DNA of 63,366 nucleotides, filler included, from Dugesia japonica (GCA_001938525.1; 6 parts of 6 records of this genome joined end to end with filler, not necessarily neighbours in it), one strand, 5' to 3'. Positions 24,010 through 37,000 are shown, counted from the whole stretch's first letter. Program-made: numbers and translations. Notes: generated by a model from the letters alone, not told the origin.

Positions 24010-24316
24010 CGGGTGAGCACCGCTCATTATGCTTATATTTACAATAGCAATACACACTGTACAGAGATACGAGAATGCATACATCGGGTGAGCACCGTTT
24101 ACTGCCATTATAAAATATATGTGGTAGATAGATTTGCAAACGAGTTGTGTCGGGTGAGCACCGCACATTGCATATGAAATAAAAAATTCTGTCTAAAATT
24201 CTGAGACGCCGATTGAGCACTGGCAAGCATCTGAAGTTGTCTGCAGATAAAATATGAAAATAAAATCATGACTAAATTTAGTCATTTATGTAGAATCTGC
24301 GAGTGAGCACCGCACG
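24010..24316 (+). repeat. Spaced array of palindromic 13-mer CGGGTGAGCACCG (24010, 24085, 24151, degenerate 24210, 24300)
   Basis: Read directly; intervening sequences (about 46-77 bp) are not copies of each other. Confidence 0.85.
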
Positions 24317-24537
24317 ATTCTGCGAATTTTGAAGTGGTGGCCTACCTGAAGTGTCAATATTTGATGCTACAAAATTTCTATAAAAGCAATTCGAAAAACT
24401 CAAAAATTAATCTCATATATCATATCATTTTATCTTTTAAAAGTGACACTTATTTACTTATAGTTAAAAGTAATAAGTTGTAAAAAACCTTAATTATTAT
24501 TATCTAAAGTAATCATGTAGCATTAGTTGTATTTATT

Positions 24538-25065
24538 ATGCAGATGACTAAGCAAATTATCAGGACAGAAGCTATACAATCTTTAGAACCAGCAGGTTAT
24601 ACATTCGAGGCAGGATTATGTAACGACATGCCACCACTTTGAGATTCCGTCAGCACCAAAGTAACCGATAGCGATCTCTGGTGGATCATTCAGGACCAAT
24701 TACGAACTAAGAACGAAGAAATAAAAGAATTACGACAGGAGATCATTCGGCAGTTCTCCGAACAGATCCAAAGGATAAATCAACTACAAATCCGAGTGGA
24801 TGGACAAGAACGGCAGCATAAACTATAGCCGAAGGAGATCACTCATTGGCAGCACGAGGGGGGAAAAGAGTTGGTATCTCTCCTCATTAGATCGACAGAG
24901 CTTGCCAAACAGCAGCAGCATGNGATACAGACAATGAGAGCAGCCTAGCTAGAAGCCGACGAGTACACCAAACTATCGGAACGGTTGAATAGTAAAGTTG
25001 ATGCAGTGTTACAGCAGGTGCTGACGCCACTGGACGAATCGAATCTGGTGAAAACAGTGGTTTAA
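24538..25065 (+). pseudogene. Decayed coiled-coil ORF
   Basis: Single frame ATG to TAA with three internal stops; WIIQDQLRTKNEEIKELRQEIIRQFSEQIQRINQLQIRV. Confidence 0.55.
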
Positions 25066-25309
25066 ACTATTTATGTGTTAAAAGCAATATGGTTTTGAAT
25101 TTACAATTATTTTCATTTAAGAGGTGGTTATTATTGTGATGATCTAGAACTAATTTTAAAAAATTTTTATCATCAACTTTAGCATTATATTGATAATTAA
25201 ATTACCGAGTACCTTGTTGAAATAAATAAATGATATATTAGTATTAAAGATATTAAAGATATTTGATTACAAATTATAATGAAACGAGTTATAACTTATG
25301 ATACTAAAA

Positions 25310-25629
25310 TGCTTACTAATTACAGTTTCTGAAGCCAAGAAATTGACGGATAATTTGATAGCAGACTGGTGAGCAAAATGATGTTCAATCTAAAAGAGAT
25401 TGAAAACCGACGTTATTGAGCTACAACATAAAAACCCTCAGCTTCGAAAAAAGAAAAGTTGAAGGAACGGGATCTCGCGTTATTCCAAACTTGTCGCGCT
25501 ATGGCGGATATCAACAAGGCATACGGGGACAGGGAAAACGTGATGATTGCGACGGTTTGAACCTTAACTCAGGCATCTAAATCACCATCGGAGGTCATCA
25601 AAACAAAGCCAAAAGAAATCCTCAAATGA
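25310..25629 (+). pseudogene. Decayed coiled-coil ORF, paralog of 26830-27103
   Basis: KERDLALFQTCRAMADINKAYGDRENVMIATV*TL. Confidence 0.5.
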
Positions 25630-26069
25630 GACCAGTGAAAGACATTAATGGATTAAATGTTATACAGCATGTATTTTATATTTCTGATTATAAAATAAAT
25701 TAAAATGAATTCTTGATGTTAACTTCAAAACGAGAGCCCGATAAAAAAGGAAATTGAAACCTAAGACGGGATACAGCTTAGTCCCGCTGAATCCGGGAAA
25801 AGTGGGTTCATGTTACTAGTGAGAGTAACATAAATTTCTGTGGTTGCTAGATGTCATTCCCGAGACAGGAAGGATATTTAACAGAAGGGACCATGATCAT
25901 CGAGAAATGAATAATAGAGATCATAACAATAATAATAAAATAATATCAAAAAGCCTAGCAACCCAACAATTATACTAATTTTCTGCCTAATAATGTTAAG
26001 TAATAAGTGTCCACTGCGAAATGATTTCCTAAATAATTGGATAGTTAATATTTCGACAGATTTCTTTTG

Positions 26070-26297
26070 CTTTAAAGTGAACAAAAAAGGAATCTTAAAG
26101 TCAATTCACTTCTCTAACGTGAATTTAATTTTATCATTATTACTATTGGCTATTTCCAAAATGTTTTCTAAAGAAGAATTAGTAACAAAGAAAATATCGT
26201 CTACGTATCTAAACCATAAATAAATTTTCCCTTTTGATTTAAGAATTATTTGATTTTCAATGAAAATCATAAAAATTATCGCCAGAATGAAAGACAA
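26070..26297 (-). mobile_element. Penelope-like reverse transcriptase fragment
   Basis: LAIIFM..IEN...YLWFRYVDDIF...IKFTLEK*IDFKIPFL, the Penelope RT motif 5-7 pattern. Confidence 0.8.
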
Positions 26298-26829
26298 ATT
26301 TCAAGACCACTTTTTGTTTAAAAACATGTTCGCGATAAAAATGCTATCAGAGAAGAAACGAAATTAATAAGACGTTTGAGATAATGTTTTTGGTGATCTC
26401 TTGAATATCTGTATATTTTTTGATTCTTTCAAAGACGTCACTTACAATATTAATTTGAATTTGATCTAGAGTCACAAATCCAGGCCTAAAGGAGGCGACT
26501 CGCAACCCGTAGTTTAAGTACATTCTCGGATTCCTTTGGTTTATTTTGGTTTCATTTAGTGAGTGTCTGTTTTTATCAGTGGTTTCTAACAATAGTGATC
26601 TTAATGTCACTTTACTTTTGTTTATCGATGTAGGTGGTAAGTGGAAGTAATTTAAAAGACACTAATTTATTATTTGTTGGATGCTAATGGCGATACAAGT
26701 TAAAATTTATTATTTATTGAAAGATATCAGTAATATTAAATAACATTTATTTTTTTTATTCATATTTTGNGGTTGATAAAATTAAAATCTAGTTAAAGTC
26801 GATGTTCATAAACTAATTTTTATTAGATG

Positions 26830-27103
26830 TAGTGTCGAAACAGGCGGAGAAAGCATCAAACAAGATTTGACTGTTAAATCATTAGCAGAAATGGAAGGAA
26901 GAGAGATGGGAATTAAGCCATGAAGTACTACTATTAAAAGGCTTGCAAAAAAACTCCAAGAGTAAACGATTGCAACTAAAAAAAAGGAAGTAGTCTTACA
27001 ACAGGCCAATCAATTAATGACCGATCTCATAAAGATCTATGGAGAGAGGGAGTCAACTCTCCTCGTCACGCTTAGGATCTTGTGGTTGGTCTACCAGCCG
27101 TGA
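26830..27103 (+). pseudogene. Decayed coiled-coil ORF, paralog of 25310-25629
   Basis: KKKEVVLQQANQLMTDLIKIYGERESTLLVTLRIL. Confidence 0.5.
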
Positions 27104-28315
27104 AAGAAGAAACGGATGAGAAAGAAACACCGTAGATTTGAATGGCCAAATTGTAGAAAATAAATCGCAATAGTGGGAGATGTTATTATTTTAATTTTCT
27201 TTTTGTTTGGTTATGTATTTAACATAAAAGCTTTCAGTGGTGATTATTAACTGTACGGAGCAAACGCTGTTGTCCAGGAACATCAAAATAGAGTAAGGGG
27301 CAATACCACAAAATTGCTCTGAATCCAAAATTGACTCTAGGTTGCCTGTTAGACGAATGATGCAATCAATAAATATGTAGAGGAAAGTCACGAGAGTTAG
27401 TAAATTAAACCGAACACCAAAAGCCTAGAATTCCAACATGGTTATAACAAAATTATAAAAAAACCTAATCCATTAAATAAATATTTATAAAACTATAAGT
27501 ACAATATCAAATTGCGTATATGTAAAATTAGAATAATAGATTGAATTTATGTTTTCATTAAATAAAGCTTTAAAAAGCTTCAAAAACAGAAGCATTCTTC
27601 AACTTGCTTTTTTTTGAATAAAATATGCCTGGTATGGAAAATTTTCTTTTATTTTATATGGATGTGGGTTTTATAGTCATAATTTTTACCTTTAAATTTT
27701 TCAGATTAGTGATCAGTTGTCCAGTTACTTTGTATAAATTAAATGCTCTTATTAATGTACTAAAATTATTTACAACTGATTATGATTGCTTTAAAATCGC
27801 TTGTATTGATTCTTCTAACTTCTGTTTTAAATGTGTTTTATTAATATGAGCATTATTTTCCTAAGCAGCGGTAAAATAAAATGCAAAATCAAAGTTATTT
27901 TGCTCAAAATTGAATTCATCTTGATCTATATTTGAATTATTGTATAATCTTCGCATAAAAGCTTAAGTCACTTTTAAGCGACATATCCAATTTTGATGAA
28001 GAGTTGAAAAATTCATCATTTTGTTTTAGTTAATTGCTTGGATCTTGTAAAGACTTTAATAAAGAAACTGTAGATTTATTTCTTCTTTTCATTAATTGCA
28101 TTTTTAGTTCATGCCGAAGTTTTTAGCTGAGTACTAAATTATCATTNGGAGTGCACTAAATAAACATTTTAGTGCTCCTTCATATGTAAGAAGGCCAGGA
28201 TCTTACGACTTAAAGCTTCGATAGTAATTTTTATAGAATGTAAAGAGTTTAATATACGTTTTTTTGTATTTGATTTCTCTAACCCTCATAAGTAACTCAT
28301 ATTTAGATCTAATAA

Positions 28316-28415
28316 NNNNNNNNNNNNNNNNNNNNNNNNNNNNNNNNNNNNNNNNNNNNTTAATTAATTAANNNNNNNNNNNNNNNNNNNNNNNNNNNNN
28401 NNNNNNNNNNNNNNN
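28316..28415. other. Artificial scaffold-joining spacer
   Basis: N44-TTAATTAATTAA-N44. Confidence 0.97.
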
Positions 28416-29305
28416 TTGATTTTCTCGATTTGATTCCTGGGATATATGCCATATTATTTTAAATTTTAGATGTTTTTTGGAGTTCCTTAGAAAATTTGAT
28501 TTGTTTCTCTGAAGGAAAGATGTTGAGTATTAAGGTTCTGCAAAAATGCGCTGAGTGTGTATCCATTATATTTAATACCATTCTCCGATAAGGATGGTGT
28601 ATTCATTAAAGTTTTTCGTGAAAACTTTTGACTAGGCTGAAATTGGTAACACAATTGTAAAAATTTAATTTCTCATTTATTTGAGTTGCATAATATTTTG
28701 TGTATTTTTAGCAATATTTGCATGTCGTTAATCAAAAAAAATAATTTGGTAATTAGTAATAGTGGTTGTTATTTTTAAATTGTTTTTTGGACAGTATTAC
28801 TATTGAAGAGAGTTATGATGCTTATTATGTGAAAAAAATTTATCCAGAAGAATACTTCATGCTTTCTTCAATGTATTTAACAAGGCAGGTGTGTACATTA
28901 ATAAAAAAAATTTAAAGAGGGTGACCAAAAATCAAGTTGTCATATTCATTCTTTTTTATATTAAACTCAAAACCAATATTTTTAATTATTTAATTTAATA
29001 TTGAGTAATTTAATATATTGTTACATCAATACGGTGTTATATCCCTACAAAGAAAATTTTTAAAGGATTTATCAGTTTTTTAATTTTTATTTTCATTCCA
29101 AATTCGAAGGGTTGCAGTCTCAAAGGCTACATACATACATCATTATCTTAAAATACAAAAATATAAACGGAAAATATACAATAATTAGAAAGTTTTGTAA
29201 TTTTACAATTATTTGAATTTAAATGCTAAATGTCATAATCATCAAATTGAGTCTCCTCAATAAATGGAAACAAATAATATTTTCATAGTAATTTATTTTA
29301 TTCAG

Positions 29306-32300
29306 CCTCAGAAAGAGCATGGAGTTTATACAGTTTTTGTTGAATTAGAAAATGCGAAAATTGAGGTAAAATATTAAAATTTTTTAATGTTAATTTATTA
29401 TAATTATGGATTATCTACAACCTATTTCAACAGATAAAATTTTGTTTCTATCGTATATAATCTACAAATAGTTTACTACTCAAATAATTTTATCAATTCA
29501 CTACTCAACAACTTTTTCATTATTCAATTACTCACAACTCAACAATCTTTTATTTATTAGAAGTGGAAATAAACCAGTTGATGTTACATATGATGATACT
29601 CAGTAGTTTATCAATAATAAATCTAAACCAAAATATAAAATTTGTCAATATGTACGGATTTCCCGAATTAGTAGTACACAATGTATCCAAAACTTTGATA
29701 ATAACTGGGGTGATGAAGTCTTTCAAATATTAGAAATCAACACTAGGAAGACCCCAATTATATACATTTGTAATTATATACAATTATATACATACAATTA
29801 CAAATGTATTACATACAGACATACATCTGTATGTAATACGCGAAAAAGGTGATAATATTATTCAAGGTAAGTTTTATAAGCATGAATTAAAAGTGTTGTT
29901 TGAAAAGCCAAGTATTTATCAAATCAAATCAATTCTCAAAACCAAAGGTAAATGACAATATAAGCAAGATCTAGTTGAATGGCATGGGTATTCAAAACTT
30001 ACTCGGATTCAAGCATCTCAAAAAGAATGAATTTTTATATGGTTTTGCCAATAATAGTTGTTCTAGAAAGTAGAAGGATCCTAGCGCACTGAATCACCCC
30101 TCCCCTTCCTCAAGGTTTAAATTTTTCAAGGTCACTGATACAGTATACTTGATTCTGATTGGTCCGGGATCTAGTATACTCAACTTTGATTAGTGGTAAA
30201 TTTGAAGATTGAATTTTCAAGGTCAAACTGATACAGAATACTCGATTCTAATTGGTCGAAATATTTTCAATGTCAAGGTGATATAGTATCCTATGATCTC
30301 ATTGGTCGAAGTGTTTCAAAGTCAAAGTGATATAGTATCCTATGATCTCATTGATCGAAGTGTTTCAAAGTCAAAGTGATATAGTATCCTGTGTTCTAAT
30401 TGGTTGATTCGTTTCAAGGTCAAAGTAATATAGTATCATGCAATCTGATTGGTCGAAGCATTTCAATCAGATCATTCCAGTGATCTGATTAGTCGAAGCG
30501 TTTCAAGGTCATCCGGCGAGATTTCTTCAGACAGACTTAATATTTAAATTCTCCGACAAAACTTAATATTTAAATTTCCCGCGCAGACTTAATATTTAAA
30601 TATCCGCGCAGACTTAATATTTAAATTTCCCGCGCAGATTTAATATTTAAATTTCCCGCGCAGACTTAATATTTAAATTTCCTGCGCAGANNNNNNNNNN
30701 NNNNNNNNNGTTTTATTGTTTCAATTATTTTTTTTTGGTTTCAATTTATTAATTTAATATTTTTTTGGAATCAATATTGATAACTTTATTAGAACATATC
30801 ACTCGTACCATGAAGAACAAAACATGCGAAGTTTGTAGAATAGATAAGAAAAAGAAAATTAAAATAAAATTAGCGAAACTTATTTAGACAAAATCAAATA
30901 AGAAACATTGTATATAATTTTGATAGGTTTTTTTTATAAAATTGACTTCTTATAAATTATAATTTGTAATTATTATTAAAAGATAAAAAATAGTTTTAAT
31001 TTTGTATTTGTAATAATAAAAATGTAACAGCTTTACAATATGGATTGAAATTGAACTTTGAAAGTAAGAATAANAATAATAATAATAATAATAATAATAA
31101 TAATTTTAGATGAGTTTGAAGTGCTCATCGGATAATTAATGTCAAAACTCGTTTCCATAAAAGTTTTATTAACAAAACAAAACTATATCCAACACTATTT
31201 GTTTATTTAAACAAATTAACATTCTGTGTTTTAATTGATTATTATTTTTCAAATATTAAAATTTGAAACAAAATTTTTACTTTATTATTAAATTGATATT
31301 AAGAGCCTTGTTTAGTGTTCTTCTCCTAAATCATTCGGAGTTTTGAGAATATAGCTTGATAAAAAATTNNNNNNNNNNNNNNNNNNNNNNNNNNNNNNNN
31401 NNNNNNNNNNNNNNNNNNNNNNNNNNNNNNNNNNNNNNNNNNNNNNNNNNNNNNNNNNNNNNNNNNNNNNNNNNATTTATTCTTAGTTTTCTTGTTTTTT
31501 AATTACTTTGATGACTAGAGTATGAGTTTTGTAGTTTCGTTGACTATACTATGTATCTACAGTGTATTATCAGAATGAAGTCCTTCTAAATTTCATTCGT
31601 CCCTTAAATTGAATACACGTTTTTTATGTTACTTTTTTTTACAGAAGTGAAACCAGTTTTCCATTGTCATTGTTTACAAAATTTAAATATTTACAGTTTA
31701 AAATCTAAAGCTATAAAACTCAAGTAATTTTGTGCTGTTATTTTGAAATATNAACAAAACAAAGTTTGGATTTTTTAATGAAGAAAGTTTTGACGAACCC
31801 TGATCTTAAAAATTGCTATTGTTTATTCAAACAAATTAAAATTCTATGTTTTAATTGATGATTAATTTTCAAATATTAAAATTTTAAAAAATTTTTTACT
31901 TTATTATTAAATCGTCATTTCAAATTTAAAACAAAATAATCATTTGTTACTAAATTTTCATCCAAAATTTGAAACAAATAAATCACTCCTTATTAAATTT
32001 CCATTTAAAATTTAAAACAATAAGTTTTAATAATTGAATTTTCATCCAAAATTTAAAACAAAATAATCATTCGTTATTAAATCTTTTTATCAAAATTTAA
32101 ATATTTTAAATGAAAACATTTTAAGAAAAATTTTAAAAAAAGGTAACAATAATAATAATATTAATAATTGTTAGTTGGTTATTGAAAACTCATTGAATCA
32201 TTAACATCAGAATTCAAACTCATTACACCGATTTATTAATACATAAAACTATAACATTATTAGTTGTTTTAACAAACAAATTTAAAAATTCATATTCAAA

Positions 32301-33514
32301 ACAGAAAATATTTAATTTTATATTTTATTATATTTAAATTATATTTAATTTTGAAAAATATATTAAATAACATCTTTTATTCATTTGATTTTATATTTTA
32401 TTCTTTTTAAAATACATTTGATTTTAAAAAAATACATTACAATAGAAATTTAATTTTATATTTTATTCTTTTTAAAATATAATTGATTTCAAAAAATACA
32501 ATATAATAAAAATCTTTTATTCATTTCATTTTATATTTTAAAAAATTCTTAAATTTTAGTAAATTATTTTATAGTTTATCTTCTTGTTATAATTTTAAAT
32601 ATACTTTTGATTTTACTAAATTCCGTTTTCAAAGATAAAAGTTTTTAAATCTGTTCTTTTAAAAAGCTATCTTTTTAAGAAATTTTTTGATCTTTTCTAT
32701 GTTTCTTTCAAGAGTTTTTCTGTTTGTATCTTCCAGAATGTAACGTCTGTCATGAATCTTCCACTTAATCTTATAGGGTCCTTCATAACGATCTTGGTTC
32801 TTGTTTAAGGTTTCACTAATACCTCATCACCGATCTCGAATTGTCTTTTGGTTAATATTTACCCATTTGTGTTATGATGATATTGACTCGAAAACCTGAG
32901 GGTAATTCCATGTTCAGCTGCGAAATCTTTCATTGATTTTGACTGAAATGCTCTTNCACAATCAGCTCGAATTTCTCTCGGACACCGGAACTTGAATATC
33001 CACTTCTTCAATAAGAATACATAAATGAATTTCCAAATTTTTTACTATGCTTTCTCCTAATTTTGTTTAATAAATTGTTTGAAAATAGTAATAATATTAC
33101 TAAAAATTGTCTTCAGAACATTTTCCTATCAAAAAAGTACGATCAAAATCAAATGTAATTTATTTAAATTTTAGTCTGGATTTTTCTATTTCGATGTGTA
33201 AAGATTGATAATTAATTTTTTAGCTCTTACATCCTATGGGTGAAAATAGTCCAATAAAAAACTTTTTAGAGAAAAATACATCAGGTGGTATTCATCATAT
33301 ATGCTTGGAAGTAATTTTATTCATCTATTTTATTACTTTTTGTCTTATATTAAAGGTTGATAATATAAAAGAAGCTATGAAAGACTTGAAAGCTTATAAT
33401 GTTAGAACCCTAGGAGAGAAGCCAAAAATTGGGGCTCATGGTTTCCCAGTTATATTTTTACATCCTAAAGATGTCAACGGAGTACTTACTGAGCTTGAAG
33501 AACCTGATAAATAA
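29306..33514 (+). CDS. MCEE: Methylmalonyl-CoA epimerase, 3' portion (exons 29306-29365, 33224-33310, 33356-33514)
   Basis: PQKEHGVYTVFVELENAKIE|LLHPMGENSPIKNFLEKNTSGGIHHICLE|VDNIKEAM...KIGAHGFPVIFLHPKDVNGVLTELEE; GT-AG introns of 3858 and 45 nt; 5' exons not found on this scaffold. Confidence 0.93.
29560..30060 (+). mobile_element. Polinton integrase C-terminus/chromodomain + start of minor capsid (inside MCEE intron)
   Basis: KPVDV, KPKYKICQYVRISR, NWGDEVFQI, IQGKFYKHEL, LVEWHGYSK, then MNFYMVLP. Confidence 0.8.
30069..30690 (+). mobile_element. Polinton-type terminus with subterminal tandem arrays (~49-bp units 30124-30510; ~26-bp units 30532-30690)
   Basis: AGTAGAAGGATCCTAGCGCACTG end; TTTCAARGTCAAAGTGATATAGTATCC..GATTGGTCGAA units; CAGACTTAATATTTAAATTTCCCGCG units. 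Confidence 0.7.
32660..33010 (-). mobile_element. Gypsy integrase C-terminal fragment (inside MCEE intron)
   Basis: WIFKFRCPREIRADC..AF, SQYHHNTNG, FEIGDEVLV, DRYEGPYKI. Confidence 0.8.
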
Positions 33515-33609
33515 ATGTTGAGTTTTTATATCAATTTACAAATGTTAATTTAATAAATATAATTTGCTTTTTACTAATGTTATTATTACATCTTTAAATT
33601 GTTTTCCAG

Positions 33610-33960
33610 ATTATTAGACAATACTTAATTGAAGTTAGTCGAACCTAATCTGTGTACAGCTGTTTGATAACTTGTTTCTGAACTAGGCATATCAGCCATG
33701 ACCGTTTCCAACCATGTGAGAAAAATCAAGAAAACTCGCAAAATGAAAATCTCAGGAATTGATAGAAATTCAGAAAAATCGTCGGCACTTCTTTTTTGCA
33801 ACAAAAATGAATAGTCCGTAGATCAGATGGTGACGTGCGATAAGAAGTGGATACTTTACAATAATAATCAGCATTCTCCACAATAGTTAGATTGAAATGA
33901 AACTTCTAAACATTTTATTAACTCAAACGGAAGGTTATGATGCCTGTTGGGAGATTTTCG
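33610..33960 (+). mobile_element. Mariner transposase fragment
   Basis: ELGISAMTVSNHVRKIKK...; DQMVTCDKKWILYNN (DRIVTCDEKW motif). Confidence 0.75.
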
Positions 33961-34001
33961 ATAGGTCTAATATTCTAATAATCAAAAGGAGATTACGTAA
34001 A

Positions 34002-37000
34002 AATAATTATCATTGAAAAGAACTGATTGAACTTAGTACTGAATTAACTCAATTTCTATTGGCTAAAAATACTAAATAATAATTATATTTTATTATACGT
34101 CAAAATACATACATACACATGATTTTTTCTTAATGATATTTCTTAAAGAAACCTTCAATTTTCGATTCATAAACAATGATATTTAACCTAAAACATAGAG
34201 TAAGTTAATTGTGATTCGGTATTTGCATTTAATGTTATTTCTTCGACAATGTANNNNNNNNNNNNNNNNNNNNNNNNNNNNNNNNNNNNNNNNNNNNNNN
34301 NNNNNNNNNNNNNNNNNNNNNNNNNNNNGATTTTTTTGATTTTTATGTACTTGTATACACATGTAGGATTATATTTCCTATAATAAAAATAGTAATATAG
34401 AAATTTAAAAAGGTCAATGATAATTATTGACAATGACAAATTAAAAAAATTTGAATTGAAAAAAACTTGCTAACTGCCGAAAATTTGCAAAAATTTAAAA
34501 TAACTAATTTAAATTGAAAATTGAACACTTATTTCTTGGCCACAGTCAGAAAATTCAGAAGAAAGTCGAAAACAATTCAAAGACTGAATAAAACCAATTG
34601 TATTCATTTTTAATAAGAATTAGGATTGACGAAAAACAATTATTTTTCAAACATTAAAATAGAAAGAAAATAAATTATTAAAGGGTTNNNNNNNNNNNNN
34701 NNNNNNNNNNNNNNNNNNNNNNNNNNNNNNNNNNNNNNNNNNNNNNNNNNNNNNNNNNNNNNNNNNNNNNNNNNNNNNNNNNNNNNNNNNNNNNNNNNNN
34801 NNNNNNNNNNNNNTAAAATTGTTAATTTCATTGGTAATTCATTTTTTACATTTCTATTAAAGGTATTTTAAACTAATTGTGTAATATTTTAATCTTTAAA
34901 CACATCAAACATCCCGGTTGTCCCAACATTGAAACAGGAGACTCTGCAGGGCTCAACAGAATTCCTCTAGCAATTAAATATAAAATAATTAACATACTAT
35001 TAATAAAAATAACTGAGATTAAACCCTTTACAAAAATTATTTTCTTATTAAATTATTTCCCCCTACTGAAGAAACTTCTAAGTTTTTCCTGTCCATTTTC
35101 TCCTTGTACTGCATACCGTCTTTCGTGAATTCTCTCAATTATTCGAGGTACTTCAAATCTGTCTTGACTTTTATTTCTTGTTTCTATCTTAATGAGTACA
35201 AAATCGCCTTCTATTCTATTAAAACAATATTGTCCATGCTTTGTTGAAAACGTAGTTTTTTCTCGAGATTCTTCTTTGAGCTCTACTTGATGTTATGCGT
35301 TTCCTAAATCTATTTAACTAAAATATTGAGCTCCATCTAACTTCTCCAGCATTTCAGCGACATTCACAAGGCTTGTCTTTTCGTTACTGCATTCAATTTT
35401 CTGAAATTCAAACATATTCTTATGTCTTTCTTTTCTTTTTTCAAACACAGATCAGTGGGGTATTCCATGGAGAGTTGCATTTCCGGATAATATTATTCTC
35501 GAAAAGGTTTTGGATAGCTTCTTCAATTTTAGATTCTAAGTTTTTATTGGTTGCCTATACGATTTACATTGATTGGTTCAGCACCTGTGAGTATTTTGTG
35601 TCTTATTAGATGTGTGCGTCCTACATCCCATTTATCTGCCATAAAAGCATCTTCTTTACTTTCAANNNNNNNNNNNNNNNNNNNNNNNNNNNNNNNNNNN
35701 NNNNNNNNNNNNNNNNNNNNNNNNNNNNNNNNNNNNNTAATTTTCGACTTTTTCATCCGTTTTGCTGTCGACCTTTTGCACAAGCTGTTATCCAAAAACC
35801 TTCTGAATGTCTATTTCTTCTATCAGATCTGGTGTTACTCTTTCAGCAACTAAGAACGTAATCTCTTTGCAAACTTCATCAATTATCACTCCAATTTTAA
35901 CTTTTCCAACAATTTAAAGTGTACTATTATTTGCATAACGCAATCTTTCATCACTGATTTCTAAATTTACTTATCGTAATTTATTAAAACAACTCAAACT
36001 CATCACGTTAATTCTACCCCTGTATCTAATAGACATTCTACTTTTTTCCTTTGAATTGATACCGTAACACTTGGTTTGCCTTGCAATTTATGGTACGAAA
36101 TGTTTGTTTTATTTCCTGTTTCAACTGTTCCAACCCATTCTACTTTTCTATCATCCGCAAAATTTTCCCTCCTTATGAACTTGTATACTTTTTCTGTAAC
36201 TTTCCGGATATCATCCCACTTTTCGACTCCTTGAGGATAATTACTAACTTCATTTAACAATTGCTCCAACCAACTCCTCTACTGGTGGAGCGCTGTCTTT
36301 TGGGAACTGCCTTTCGCAATCACTTTCATATACTTCCTCATATCCATCGTTTGTACTGACATCTTCATCTTCAATCGCATTTACTCGATTATATCGGTTT
36401 CTTGATCTTTCTGCACTCATAAATTTTTAACTTGTTCTTTTCAATTTTAAATTTGTGTAGCACTCTTCTGCTCTATGTTCACCATTACCACATCGTTACA
36501 CCTCACTTCTTGACATAACCTTTTAATATGACCAACCTTTCCACATTCAAAACATTTTGTTGGTTTTTTATTTGGACAATCTCGACTTATATGTCCAGTT
36601 TTAGGACAAGTCCAGCACACTACCCCTTTTTTGGTCGGACAATTTGCTTTAGTATGACCAATCTTATGACATGATCAACATTCGATGTTTTGTTTTTCCT
36701 TTCTTTGTTCCACATGTCTATTCACTGTATGATTTACATGTTTCTGATAATTTCGATTTGTAACTCTAGCGTAACTTCGATCTTTGTAAACTCGATCTCT
36801 ATTTTTCTCCATGCAATCTACTAATGTCATTGTTTCTTCAATTTCTTCTATATTCTTTCGTTTCCTCAAAGTCACTTTTTCTTCAACCTTTTTATTTTCT
36901 GAACAATATACTAGCATTTTTGCTACCATTTTGACTTTTGTAAAATCTTTATTTGTAAATAATCTTTCCACTAAATCATTTATATTTTTAAAATAAACTT

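Noticed and set aside
24010-24316. CRISPR array
   Set aside because: The repeat is only 13 bp, spacing is irregular, there are no cas genes and the context is eukaryotic. Kept as a spaced motif array.
27540-28315. Possible Penelope ORF N-terminal remnant
   Set aside because: No diagnostic motif could be read with confidence.
30124-30690. CRISPR-like repeats
   Set aside because: Units are tandem copies with no unique spacers.
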